Below are positions 1 to 9,381 of a DNA stretch of 64,000 nt, one piece after another; the stretch's first letter is position 1, and each line of letters opens with the position of its first letter. The stretch covers positions 385 to 64,384 of the forward strand of contig JAGGRY010000003.1 of NCBI GenBank assembly GCA_021159365.1, written 5' to 3'. Both the position numbers and the translations under genes were made by a program. The stretch is from Nitrososphaerota archaeon. GTDB lineage: Archaea; Thermoproteota; Nitrososphaeria_A; Caldarchaeales; Wolframiiraptoraceae. The notes beneath the pieces are model-generated. The model ran no database searches and was not told where the DNA came from. It worked only from the letters and a program-made list of their open reading frames with translations.

Positions 1-104
1 TCCCTATATCTTTTTGTAAGCGCCTTTAACTCCTCCAAATCCTTCCTATATCTCCCTAGGATTTTTCGAGAAACCGCTTCATCAACGGGCACTTCCACCT
101 TCAA
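1..104 (-). CDS. hypothetical protein, partial (continues past left edge)
   Basis: Minus-strand frame is open to the window edge: ..KLLKVEVPVDEAVSRKILGRYRKDLEELKALTKRYR. It is K/E-rich like the real genes here, while the open plus-strand frame is S/L/F-rich and looks antisense. There is no ATG; only TTG (104) or GTG (98) could start it. Confidence 0.2.
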   Translation of the reverse strand, partial: MKVEVPVDEAVSRKILGRYRKDLEELKALTKRYR

Positions 105-256
105 TAGCTTGCTCCATTCGACCTTTTTGCCTCGAAAAAGCGATGCGTATTAGTATCGTAAACGATAACACTTTTCCTTACTTTTCTTTTAACCTATTTC
201 TCCTTTATGAGTAGCATAAAACTTATTTCAGCAGTAACATGTTCAGGTGATCAGGA

Positions 257-647
257 ATGGTGCTGCTGGACAGCGACATATTCATAGCGATCATTAAAGA
301 AGAAGATAGGCTTAAGCAGCCCTCATTGAAGATATTAAAGGCAATCGAGAAAGAAAGTTAAAAAATGTATATGCTTCAGTTGCCAGCATTCGGGAAATAA
401 TCTTTTGGCTGCTGAACAGAAATCTTTGGGACAAAATATTACTAACGTTTCCAGAATTTTTGAATTAAAGAATTTGGAATGGATTCCGCTTATCAAAGAA
501 ATTTTCCTAACGGCTTCTGCCTTGATGGAGGAGTATGATTTGGGAGCTTTCGATGCATACATGGCAGCTACTGCTCTCTCAAAAGATAGGATAATAGTTA
601 GCTCAGACCATGTTTATGATAAGATTACAAGGAATAAAATGCATTAG
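257..647 (+). pseudogene. decayed PIN-domain (VapC-like) toxin gene with at least two frameshifts
   Basis: ATG 257 gives MVLLDSDIFIAIIKEEDRLKQPSLKILKAIEKES, then TAA at 359-361 at an A6 run. KNVYASVASIREIIFWLLNRN continues in a second frame (from 361). ..NITNVSRIFELKNLEWIPLIKEIFLTASALMEEYDLGAFDAYMAATALSKDRIIVSSDHVYDKI continues in the third frame (to 647). Joined, the pieces carry PIN-like acidic positions (LDSD, SIRE, FDAY, SSD). Confidence 0.6.
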
Positions 648-740
648 TCTGGAAGAAATCGCAAAGAGGTTATGAATGTTATCAGGTATTAGATTAGTTC
701 TACGCTGTAAGCATCTTTTTCACCTAGACGCCGCGTTTGG

Positions 741-1181
741 CTATAATTCTGCTACCTTTAATCCCTCAACCTTGGCTATTTGAACTAATTTTTTATCAAA
801 TGTCAGGAAGCTATCTGCGCGTTTAGCGGATGCTAACTGGACTGCATCGGCGATGTAGATTCCATGCTTGAATACGTAGGCAGTAGATTCGATAAGCATC
901 TTTAGATTTAGTGGAATAAGCTTTAACTGGCCGAGTTTTACGAGAAGGCGTGTTTCCCCGATAAATTTGGAAAACACTTCTTTTTCGTTTTCTAAAACAC
1001 CTCTCCTGTGATATTTGTCCAGCACTACGGCCGTCTCTCCGATATTCCATACTGAGAAACTTAGCCTAATTTTTCCGGCATGAGCTTTCTCGTAAATTTT
1101 ATCAATTCTATCAGTTTCTTCTTCGATTACGTATCTCTTGACTATGGCGCTAGTGTCTAGATATATTGTTTGATCGCTCAT
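741..1181 (-). CDS. vapC: PIN-domain ribonuclease toxin (VapC family)
   Basis: 146 aa. N-terminal IYLDTSAIVKRY, central WNIGET, C-terminal IYIADAVQLASA..FLTFDKKL, matching the PIN acidic-residue layout. Overlaps the upstream RHH gene by 32 nt. Confidence 0.8.
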   Translation of the reverse strand: MSDQTIYLDTSAIVKRYVIEEETDRIDKIYEKAHAGKIRLSFSVWNIGETAVVLDKYHRRGVLENEKEVFSKFIGETRLLVKLGQLKLIPLNLKMLIESTAYVFKHGIYIADAVQLASAKRADSFLTFDKKLVQIAKVEGLKVAEL

Positions 1182-1500
1182 CCCGAATCTCCCGTACGAC
1201 TTCTTCGGCCTTAATTCCTTTAGGTCTATTGGAGGCGATTTCAGAGCTTGTATAGAATCTGCTCTCTAGACCTAGGCTTTCACAGAGTTTGTCGAGGAAA
1301 TCGAGTTCATCGTAGGTTTGCAGGAACTCTTCTACGGCATCGCTGAGACTTCTGCCTTCTATGGCGAGCTTGCTCTTGGCCCTCCTTACGACGTCCTCTC
1401 TGAGGGAAAGAGTTACCTTAACCTTCCTAGCCAAGGTTTTTCTATCCGTATATCCGTATTGACGTATATAAGGATTTCCGTACATACAGCTGAACCACAA
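1150..1500 (-). CDS. vapB: ribbon-helix-helix (CopG/VapB-like) antitoxin
   Basis: KVKVTLSLREDVVRRAKSKLAIEGRSLSDAVEEFL fits a strand-helix-helix RHH pattern, followed by a C-terminal extension. Sits directly upstream of and overlapping the PIN gene. Start is uncertain (ATG 1500 or ATG 1485). Confidence 0.6.
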   Translation of the reverse strand: MWFSCMYGNPYIRQYGYTDRKTLARKVKVTLSLREDVVRRAKSKLAIEGRSLSDAVEEFLQTYDELDFLDKLCESLGLESRFYTSSEIASNRPKGIKAEEVVREIRDERSNNISRH

Positions 1501-1741
1501 ACTTCAAAGGCGAATATGGCTCTCGAGATAAGTCGTATCTCTCCATTGCTATTCTTTAAGAGTATCATCAGTTTGAAAAAGGGGCTACTTAGAAGAGAGT
1601 AACGATGCATAGGGACGGGTTTCATAATTTTCGCAATTGATATGTTGAGGTTCGCAGTTTTCTCGCAGTGAGGACTAGCTTATCGGGGAATATTTTGTTG
1701 ATTTATGGAAGAAGGTTTCATAGGCTGCTCGGCAGAATCTT

Positions 1742-2347
1742 GTGTCGTTTAACGAGGAATTCTTCGGGTTAAGAGAAGATGGATTTATCGCGGTTACAGG
1801 TTCCAACGAGAACCATCATCTCACCTATTACCTCTTCAGGAAGATGGGTTGCCCGGACATCTACGTGCACTTAGATTGCCACGACGACATCTTACTGATC
1901 GCCCTCCCAGGCAGGATCGGTGACCTCAGCCATGCATCCTTCGTCGGACATTTAATCCGAGAAGGAGTTACAGTAGCTTTCTACGGAACAAACTACCGGT
2001 CTCATCAGATGCTCCTCTTCGGGGGAAGCACCACCTGCTACCTGAGGAATAATTTATTCGTCTATGATCCCTTCAAGGTTCACTTCTTAGACTTCAGCCG
2101 TTATCTCGTGGTCTCTATGGGCATGTACAGGATGGTCGGGGTTGAGGGTGTTAGATCCTACATTGATGACTGCCTAAACTCTGGTAAGATTGAGGAGATC
2201 TATGTGAACGAGGATCTCGGCGTCCACCACGATCGAGTTAAGCTCTATCGATATGGCGAGGATATAATAATCCCAGATCTCAGCAAACCCTTAACACCAT
2301 TTCCAGTCAGGATATCAATCTCCCTAGAGGACACAAATATATGCTAG
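1742..2347 (+). CDS. hypothetical protein with degenerate arginase/ureohydrolase-like motifs
   Basis: 201 aa, GTG start. VTGSNENHHLTY..IYVHLDCHDD..HASFVGHLIREG..RISISLED are arranged like the GGDHS / DAHxD / SxDxD motifs of the arginase fold, but are diverged. Confidence 0.35.
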   Translation: MSFNEEFFGLREDGFIAVTGSNENHHLTYYLFRKMGCPDIYVHLDCHDDILLIALPGRIGDLSHASFVGHLIREGVTVAFYGTNYRSHQMLLFGGSTTCYLRNNLFVYDPFKVHFLDFSRYLVVSMGMYRMVGVEGVRSYIDDCLNSGKIEEIYVNEDLGVHHDRVKLYRYGEDIIIPDLSKPLTPFPVRISISLEDTNIC

Positions 2348-2368
2348 CTCACATAAAAAGGCTGAATA

Positions 2369-2554
2369 ATGAGAAAGACATATCATCTTACAACACGTCT
2401 ACTATATGAAATGAGAGAGTTTTGGGACGGCGTCCTGTGGGGCATGGGATTTAGGGAAGTGGCCCCGAAGAAGAGGAAGAGGTGCAGGTTCTGCGGCCGC
2501 CTAATACCGGTGGACGCGAAATACTGCCCATACTGCGGCAAGCGGTTGAAATGA
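2369..2554 (+). CDS. small zinc-ribbon protein
   Basis: 61 aa ending CRFCGRLIPVDAKYCPYCGKRLK (CxxC-x10-CxxC). Confidence 0.5.
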   Translation: MRKTYHLTTRLLYEMREFWDGVLWGMGFREVAPKKRKRCRFCGRLIPVDAKYCPYCGKRLK

Positions 2555-2875
2555 AGCTTGGAAAGATATTGGTGCGGAGTGTGATCTCCATCAAAATTTG
2601 CCGGAAAGAGATCTGCTGAAAACCGACTTTATTACCCAAAGATCTCATTAAACATGTCTTTATCTGCGCTACAAATCCTCACTTGTCTGGACTAGGAAGC
2701 TCTTTGTAATTTTATACATTCCGAAGCCTGCGGTTCTATTGACCCCTGAATCTCAAAGAGAGAATTGAAAGATCTTAGTTCTTGTTAGCATTTTAATTAT
2801 CCTTGATATTGTATTCAATATCGTCAAGTGGAGTACCTTAGCATTCATTGACTTCGAGAGAGTTGAGTTGAAGCA

Positions 2876-3445
2876 CTAAGTGGGAATGTATGTTATCAGG
2901 TCATTCTCCTCGAGGATATTCTTAAGCTTATAGACGGCTTCATAGACCTCTCGCTCCGTCTTCGCACCAGTACAAACTAATTTACCGCTCGCAAACATCA
3001 AGATAACCACCTTTGGCTCCATCATTCTATAGATTAAGCCTGGGAACTGCTCCGGCTCATACATGGTGTTTTCTAGTTTTTCGGCTGCTGTTTCGAGGTC
3101 TATTTTTGCGTGTAGGTCTACGGATGCTACTATGTTTTGGATCTCGATCTCTGGTTCGTGTTTTATGAGGAATCCCTCTCTCTTTAGAAGCTTGACGACT
3201 GTTTGCACAGCCTTTATCGACTCCTGCTCACTCTTAGCCCCTGTGCAGACCATTTTTCCGGAGGAGAAGATGAGGGTCGCTGTCTTGGGTTTTGCGAGCC
3301 TGAATACGAGTCCTGGGAATTGAGCTGGCTTATACTCGGTTTCGGGGAATGCTCTCTGGATTTGGGTTAGGTCTAGGGTTTGGTTTATGGTTACGGAGGC
3401 CACGACGTTCTCAATCCTTATCGTGGGCTCGGGAGTCTTGCTCAT
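2876..3445 (-). CDS. tbp: TATA-box binding protein
   Basis: 189 aa with two direct TBP repeats: IENVVASV..QFPGLVFRL..TATLIFSSGKMVCTGAKS and IQNIVASVDL..QFPGLIYRM..VVILMFASGKLVCTGAKT. Confidence 0.97.
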   Translation of the reverse strand: MSKTPEPTIRIENVVASVTINQTLDLTQIQRAFPETEYKPAQFPGLVFRLAKPKTATLIFSSGKMVCTGAKSEQESIKAVQTVVKLLKREGFLIKHEPEIEIQNIVASVDLHAKIDLETAAEKLENTMYEPEQFPGLIYRMMEPKVVILMFASGKLVCTGAKTEREVYEAVYKLKNILEENDLITYIPT

Positions 3446-3549
3446 TCTCTCGACCTTTATAAGCCTGTTATTTATAACGGATAGAGGGTTATAAACCTTT
3501 AGAATACGCGCAGCCCGTCATCCGCTTCCTATAAACGGCGCCAGCTTCG

Positions 3550-4476
3550 TCAAACGCCCTTAAAGTGCTTGATCTCGGTTTTCAACTCATATAGTCTCTC
3601 AGCTAGCTCCTCGATGAAATCCGCGTTTTCAAGCTTATTCAATAGGTTAACCGGGATTTTAGACGCTCCTCTATGCGCTCCAGCTATCGCTCCGGTCATG
3701 CATGCTATCGTATCTCTATCTCCTCCTAAGCTCACGGCGAATCTTATCGACTCTATAGGGTCTTGGAATCTGAGATAGCTATAGATGGCCGTGGGGACGG
3801 AGTTGAACGACTCAACCCCGTTTCCAAGCTCCTTAACAACTTCAGCTGCATCGGGCTCCGTTCTCAACAATTTCAAGACTTTGCCGAGCTTCTCTCTATA
3901 GATCTCTGCTGAGACCTCGGCCATGAGGATCTCGATGAAATCTTCTGGGTCGACATCCTTTAATCGACTTGACTTGACGGCGATCGATATGCTTCTAGCT
4001 TGAATGAATGCTCCTTCGATGCCGAGTGGGTGGCTGTGAGTTGGTTTAGACGCCCTCTTTACCATCTCCTTAAGAAGTTTTGGATCATCATAGAATAAGC
4101 CGACCGGGGTTATCCTCATCGCAGCACCATTTCCGTAAGACCCACCGGGGTAAAACTCCCTATCTAATCCGAATGGCCCTGATCCTCTTTTAACCATCCT
4201 AAATATCCTCGGAGGACCTGGGCCATATCCTCTCCAAGGCTCGCGTTCGTAGACTTCGATGAATCTTTGGAGTAAATGTAATGGGTTTATTATGCCGTTG
4301 TCTCTGATTATCGTCTCCGCCAAGGCTATCATCATGGCCGTGTCATCAGTATATCTCAAGGTTCTTCTGATCCTAAGATTTGATGCTCCAAGCGCGTCTC
4401 CAAGGGCCGATGCGAGCATAGATCCCTTAAACTTATCTAGCAGGTCGTCCATCGCTTTAATCGCCTCTAAGCTCAC
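3550..4476 (-). CDS. ADP-ribosylglycohydrolase family protein
   Basis: 308 aa. ASALGDALGA near the N-terminus, YTDDTAMMIALAE, and C-terminal SLGGDRDTIACMTGAIAGA are typical ARH/DraG-family metal-site motifs. Confidence 0.85.
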   Translation of the reverse strand: MSLEAIKAMDDLLDKFKGSMLASALGDALGASNLRIRRTLRYTDDTAMMIALAETIIRDNGIINPLHLLQRFIEVYEREPWRGYGPGPPRIFRMVKRGSGPFGLDREFYPGGSYGNGAAMRITPVGLFYDDPKLLKEMVKRASKPTHSHPLGIEGAFIQARSISIAVKSSRLKDVDPEDFIEILMAEVSAEIYREKLGKVLKLLRTEPDAAEVVKELGNGVESFNSVPTAIYSYLRFQDPIESIRFAVSLGGDRDTIACMTGAIAGAHRGASKIPVNLLNKLENADFIEELAERLYELKTEIKHFKGV

Positions 4477-4948
4477 TTTCCTTCAGATAAGTCTTCTTAA
4501 TCTGTTCAGCAAACCTAGACGCCATCTCCAAATCGTTTTTATCAGGCCTGCCCTTATGGATTCCTCCAAACAGCTTTAAGGGGCCATGAGTTGAATATCC
4601 TCTACAAGTAAATTCTCCTAAAATCTTGAATCCCTTTCTCAGCAATTTCCTCTTTAAAGCCTTATGATAGTCGTGAATTATTGGAAACTTGCCGAGAGCG
4701 CTCGTCGAGAAGATGAAAGCATACTTGTTTTGAACCGTTGGAAATTTATCTAGCAGTTTGAGGAGGGCCTCATGATTTCTTCCAAAATATATCCCAGAGC
4801 CGAATCCCAATAAGTCGTAGTTCAACAGGTCTTCGACCTCAGCTTCAACCGCTCTAATGAGCTTTGCTTCAAGCCTCTTCGCTATAACTTCACCGATCTT
4901 CTTCGTATTTCCATTATGGATGGACATGTAGATGATCACGGCTCTCAT
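4457..4948 (-). CDS. flavodoxin-like protein
   Basis: 163 aa. MRAVIIYMSIHNGNTKKIGEVIA..YDLLGFGSGIYFG matches a flavodoxin-fold FMN loop pattern. Overlaps the ARH gene by 20 nt. Confidence 0.7.
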   Translation of the reverse strand: MRAVIIYMSIHNGNTKKIGEVIAKRLEAKLIRAVEAEVEDLLNYDLLGFGSGIYFGRNHEALLKLLDKFPTVQNKYAFIFSTSALGKFPIIHDYHKALKRKLLRKGFKILGEFTCRGYSTHGPLKLFGGIHKGRPDKNDLEMASRFAEQIKKTYLKESELRGD

Positions 4949-5273
4949 ATCACTGCAAAGATGCTTCCATCCAATTATAAAATCTCTCCTAATCGATAAA
5001 GATCAAAATCATCGATACTCGACTTCATGGAAGGGAAAAATTCTAGATTCTTTTTGAAAAGCCTTATAAATGGGTGGATGAGACTATCAGCCCCATGAAG
5101 TTTGAACGCAAGGGGTTAGATTCTGTTCGATTTAGGAGTAAAGTAAGCCATATTTTAAATCGAAAGAGATCTTTGAAGAGGGATTACATCAATGAGGAAA
5201 GAAAATCGAGCATGAGTCTGATAAGATCGCGTTCAATATCTCAAGAGAAAAACATCAACTTAATCGTGGCTAA

Positions 5274-6008
5274 ATGGAAATGAAGGACCTATTTTTGATA
5301 ATGTTCTTAATTTTTGCCGGACAAACATTAGGCTGTTTAGCTGGACTGATAAAAGAGCCTCCAAAGATGTTTTTACACGGTTCTCTGGCATTCGCCGCAT
5401 CGATGATGCTGGGGATATCTTTTTTCCAATTAATACCTGAAGCTATAAGGATAATTCCCCTCCACCTTACGTTAGCATCCTTTTTACTTGGGATCTTAAT
5501 GATGTGGATCATCGATAAAGCGTTACCTCATATAAACCCTGAATTGATGAAGAAGGAGAAGCCCTCTATTAAAAGAAGCGTTATCATGCTCGTCATCGGC
5601 ATGGCCTTACATAATGTTCCTGAAGGATTAGCGATCGGCGTGGGCTTTGCTCTAGAGCGAGATCTAGGGATCATGATCGCGTTTGGAATCGCCGCCCAGG
5701 ATGCGCCTGAGAACATAGCGACCATAGTCCCATTATATGGTTTAACCAAGAAGAAGATGAAGTCTTTCATCATAGTATCAGCGACAGTATTATTTGAGCT
5801 GCTCGGCTTCATCTTCGGTTATTATGCTCTAAATGAGACGTCATTATCTTTACTAGGAGCGTCATTAGCGCTCGCCGCAGGCTTCATGACATATATCTCC
5901 ATCGAAGAATTGATTCCTGCAGCGGAGATAAAGCAGAATCTAAAGGTGGATATCGTCTCGTTGATTTCAGGATTAATCTGCGTTTTGTTATTATGCTTTT
6001 TGGGATGA
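5274..6008 (+). CDS. ZIP-family divalent metal (zinc) transporter
   Basis: 244 aa, multi-TM, with ZIP signature HNVPEGLAIG and AAQDAPENIA. Confidence 0.85.
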   Translation: MEMKDLFLIMFLIFAGQTLGCLAGLIKEPPKMFLHGSLAFAASMMLGISFFQLIPEAIRIIPLHLTLASFLLGILMMWIIDKALPHINPELMKKEKPSIKRSVIMLVIGMALHNVPEGLAIGVGFALERDLGIMIAFGIAAQDAPENIATIVPLYGLTKKKMKSFIIVSATVLFELLGFIFGYYALNETSLSLLGASLALAAGFMTYISIEELIPAAEIKQNLKVDIVSLISGLICVLLLCFLG

Positions 6009-6092
6009 TGAGAAGTAAAGGAGTCATGCTTGTTGATTTTCATAGGAGATATTGATGAAGCTCACGTAAAACTCTTAGATTAATTCATCAAA

Positions 6093-7232
6093 ATGTTCTT
6101 AGGAATGGTAGACTTAATCGAGGAGTTCGAGAGGAAGCTTGAGATAAGGTCGAAGCTTGGGAAGATGCTTGGAGCCGATGCAGAAATAGCTGAGAGAGAT
6201 GGACATGCTCATAGAATTCCTCGACCATGCGGCTTAACGATACATACAGGCCTTGGATGCAAATTCGGATGCATCTACTGTTACATCTATGACATGGGTT
6301 TCACGTTTAAACCTAAGCCATATCATTTAACTGGTCTCCAACTCGCCTATGCCGTGGCCTCAAATCCATCTGTTGCGCTGGGCTCGAATGGCACTCCAAT
6401 GGCCTTCGGCTCGATCACAGAGCCATTCATGGAGGAGACCGCTGGCAAGGCAGTCGAGTACATGGAGATGATTTCAAGTTATTTGGGGAATCCGATTCAG
6501 TTCTCGACAAAAGCTCGTTTAAGCTGGGATCTATGCTCGAAGATCTCTTCGATCAGGAATGGGGTCAGCGCATTGATCACCGTAGTCACTCTGAAAGCTC
6601 ATAGAATCCTTGAGCCAGGTGCTCCGAGCCCGGATGAGAGATTCGAGAGCATGAGAAATCTATCTAGGATGGGGGTTCACACGGTCTTGTTTATGAGACC
6701 TATCCTCCCGAAGTTGACCGATCTTGAGGCTGAAGAGATCTTGTCTAGAGCTTTAGACGCCGGAGCAAAGGGAGTGATAATAGGATCGATGAGAGTTACC
6801 CAAGGAATAATCGACAGATTGAGGCGAATAAAGTATCAGGGAATCGAGGAGATTCTGAGGAGAATTCCGGGAGAATTGGAATCGGGAAAGCAGGTGACCT
6901 TAAAGATGGATGACCTTAAGAAGATTATCTATAAGCTAGCTGAGAGACTCGACATGAAAGTATATCCATCGGCATGTGCGGCGAACATCGAGGCACATAA
7001 ACTCTCATGTAACGCATGTAGATTGGGGCCATGTGGAAATATTGAGGATCTTCCAAGTTTTGAGCTGGGAGATGTTTTGGAGCTTGCAAACCGTTATAAT
7101 ATCAGGATCATACACAGTGTTCTTAACGATCACCTAAAGTTAAAGATCTCCGGAGATTGGAGGAGGATTAGGGAGTTCACCTCTTTCTTGAGGTGGTCTA
7201 TCAAGAGGAGAATTTTCGTGAGGAAGGCTTAA
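6093..7232 (+). CDS. radical SAM protein (SplB / DNA-photolyase-like COG1533 type)
   Basis: 379 aa. Cluster motif GCKFGCIYCY (CxxxCxxC) and a C-terminal Cys group CAANIEAHKLSCNACRLGPC. Confidence 0.7.
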   Translation: MFLGMVDLIEEFERKLEIRSKLGKMLGADAEIAERDGHAHRIPRPCGLTIHTGLGCKFGCIYCYIYDMGFTFKPKPYHLTGLQLAYAVASNPSVALGSNGTPMAFGSITEPFMEETAGKAVEYMEMISSYLGNPIQFSTKARLSWDLCSKISSIRNGVSALITVVTLKAHRILEPGAPSPDERFESMRNLSRMGVHTVLFMRPILPKLTDLEAEEILSRALDAGAKGVIIGSMRVTQGIIDRLRRIKYQGIEEILRRIPGELESGKQVTLKMDDLKKIIYKLAERLDMKVYPSACAANIEAHKLSCNACRLGPCGNIEDLPSFELGDVLELANRYNIRIIHSVLNDHLKLKISGDWRRIREFTSFLRWSIKRRIFVRKA

Positions 7233-8539
7233 GCAGATCTATCTCCGGGGCCTATGTGCCCGATCCTCGTCTGAACTATGACTGTCTTCAACCCTCTCTC
7301 CTCTAAGATCTTCTTAACTTTGAGCATCTCATCCACGCTCGGCCTCTTTATGTATCTCCTCCTAAATGTTGGGAAATAATCTAAGACCGTCACTTGGAGT
7401 CTTGGATCTATTGCCGCAACCTTATCGCCTATCTCGGCGACTTCTTCAAAGCTCATCCACTCGGAGTTATATGCAAATCCAGCCCCGATATACACTTTAT
7501 CAGAGTATCTTTCAACGAGATATTCTAAGATCTTCCAAGAATTTGTGAAGTATTTCTCCGCCAGCGATCTATCATTTATCCCCGTTATCGTCATGTATGT
7601 GTCTAATCTCCCAGCCTTAGGTTCAACGCCAATATTATTACATCCAGCTTCTACTAGTTCATCGACATAATCTTCTGTGAGTATGGTTCCATTGCTGTCG
7701 AGATGGAGTCTAGTCTTCGGATTCATCTCCCTAAGATTCCTGAAGAGTTCTATGAGCCATCTTCGGTTAAGGGTAGGCTCACCTCCACTAACGGCTATTC
7801 CAGGAGTATTATAGATTGATCTACATTCAGTCAATCTCTCGGCGGCCTCTCTGGGAGTTAAAGGTTTACCAGAGTTATCATAAGTCACATAATAATTTTG
7901 GCACTGAGGACATCTGAGGTTGCATCCAGCGACCCATATCGCCGACTCGACATAACCATATCCATCTACTTCGAACCATGGCGTAGCCTTTCCTCCAACT
8001 CTATGAGGTTCTGGGCCATGAACTATTCTCAGAGGCTCAACTTCATCTATGTTTAGGGAGATCTTCATACCATCTCTCACCGGGTTTATACAGGTTCTCT
8101 CAAGTTCTCCATTAATCAAGACCGCGCATGCCCAGCATCCACCAAGATTACACGGAGCCGTTAAACCCCTTGACCCCGGAGGCTTAAACTCGACCCCTAT
8201 TCGCTGGAGAGCTTCCTTCACCGATATTCCATCTGGAACATTATATTCAACTCCATCGACCGTGATCTTGATTAATCGTTCTTCAACTTCTTCCTCGATG
8301 ATTATCCTCGCTTCATAAGGGCAGGCATAAAAGCATGATAAACAACCTATGCATTGGTCAGGGCTTCTGCAGACGTTAACCGTTTTACAGAAATCGCATT
8401 CGACACATCTCCCCTCATCAACGATAACTCTTCTCCTCCTCAACTCGCCCAAAAATTGGTTAACGTCACGTTTTAAAAATTGATCAAAAGAATTATATGG
8501 ATCGTATCGAGATAGCTTATTGGATGATGAGGTCTGCAT
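7229..8539 (-). CDS. radical SAM enzyme with N-terminal 2x[4Fe-4S] ferredoxin and 2Fe-2S-like domains (PflA-activase-like core)
   Basis: 436 aa. CVECDFCKTVNVC..CIGCLSCFYACP, then ITVDGVEYNVPDGISV..APCNLGGCWACAVLINGELERTC, then radical-SAM CNLRCPQCQNYY and SGGEPTL. Confidence 0.75.
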   Translation of the reverse strand: MQTSSSNKLSRYDPYNSFDQFLKRDVNQFLGELRRRRVIVDEGRCVECDFCKTVNVCRSPDQCIGCLSCFYACPYEARIIIEEEVEERLIKITVDGVEYNVPDGISVKEALQRIGVEFKPPGSRGLTAPCNLGGCWACAVLINGELERTCINPVRDGMKISLNIDEVEPLRIVHGPEPHRVGGKATPWFEVDGYGYVESAIWVAGCNLRCPQCQNYYVTYDNSGKPLTPREAAERLTECRSIYNTPGIAVSGGEPTLNRRWLIELFRNLREMNPKTRLHLDSNGTILTEDYVDELVEAGCNNIGVEPKAGRLDTYMTITGINDRSLAEKYFTNSWKILEYLVERYSDKVYIGAGFAYNSEWMSFEEVAEIGDKVAAIDPRLQVTVLDYFPTFRRRYIKRPSVDEMLKVKKILEERGLKTVIVQTRIGHIGPGDRSA

Positions 8540-8700
8540 CGGCGGAGTGGTGAAGATGGATCAACCGGCTGACAAACTACTGGTGAAATCTCTTTGATTG
8601 AACAATCATTCCATGAGTATTCAGTTAAGCCCTGCCATCATCATCTAATCAGCTACGGCCGCTCTCATCACACTTGAAAAATTGGTTAACAAGTTAAAAT

Positions 8701-9378
8701 ATGTTGATGACCCTAATTTTACACAAGATGGGGGATAGGATTTGGAAGATCATAAAGACCATCTCTGACATGTATGAGATAGATTTGGAGAGGTTTAAGC
8801 ATAGGAGACCATTTGAGCTATTGGTCTCCGTGATCCTATCTCAGAGGACGAGTAGGGAGAATGTGAGAAAGGCCATGGAGAGATTTACTCGAAGATTCAA
8901 GAGTGTTGAGGATGTGGCAAATGCGAGGCTGAGAGAGATAGAGGCCGCGATAAAGCCCGCCGGAATCTGGAAGATGAAAGCTAAGAGAATCAGGAACATA
9001 GCGAGGCAACTCCTGAAGCTTGAGGGAGGATTAGACTCCATTCTAAAGTCGCCTTACCCTGAAGCTAGAAAGATCTTAGCATCCATGGAAGGAGTTGGGC
9101 CGAAGACCGCCGATGTATTCCTGATGGCCGCGAGGAATGAACCAGTCCTACCAATAGACACGCATATCTTCAGAATAATGAGAAGGCTCGGAGTAGCGGA
9201 TGAAGAAGATGATTATGAAAGCTTGAGACTGAGGCTTGAAAAGGAGACGCCGCCTGAGATGCGGATGAAAGCTCACTTAGCTTTAATCGATTTTGGAAGA
9301 GAGATCTGTAGAGCTAGAAATCCGAGATGTTCCGAGTGTCCGTTAGCCGGTATCTGTTCATCGAGGAGGAAGACTTGA
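8701..9378 (+). CDS. nth: endonuclease III (HhH-GPD DNA glycosylase/AP lyase)
   Basis: PFELLVSVILSQRT, HhH GVGPKTADVF, PIDTHIFR, and FeS loop CRARNPRCSECPLAGIC. True start may be an internal Met (about 8728). Confidence 0.9.
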   Translation: MLMTLILHKMGDRIWKIIKTISDMYEIDLERFKHRRPFELLVSVILSQRTSRENVRKAMERFTRRFKSVEDVANARLREIEAAIKPAGIWKMKAKRIRNIARQLLKLEGGLDSILKSPYPEARKILASMEGVGPKTADVFLMAARNEPVLPIDTHIFRIMRRLGVADEEDDYESLRLRLEKETPPEMRMKAHLALIDFGREICRARNPRCSECPLAGICSSRRKT

Positions 9379-9381
9379 TTC

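Noticed and set aside
335-562. 75-aa minus-strand ORF and the 80-aa plus ORF (405-647) called as separate genes
   Set aside because: The plus-strand pieces assemble into one frameshifted PIN domain. The minus ORF is antisense to it and has no features.
5074-5283. 69-aa highly basic ORF (GTG start) in the 325-bp spacer upstream of the ZIP transporter
   Set aside because: It is low-complexity (S/R/K-rich), has no SD or ATG, and overlaps the ZIP start. It is more likely promoter or leader sequence. It cannot be excluded without conservation data.
8590-8650. Possible C/D-box sRNA on the minus strand: ATGATGA (8644-8638), 13 nt, then CTGA (8624-8621)
   Set aside because: No terminal D box (CTGA) and no convincing C' box lie at the expected spacing downstream. 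The spacer is 13 nt, not 12. The region is a divergent promoter.
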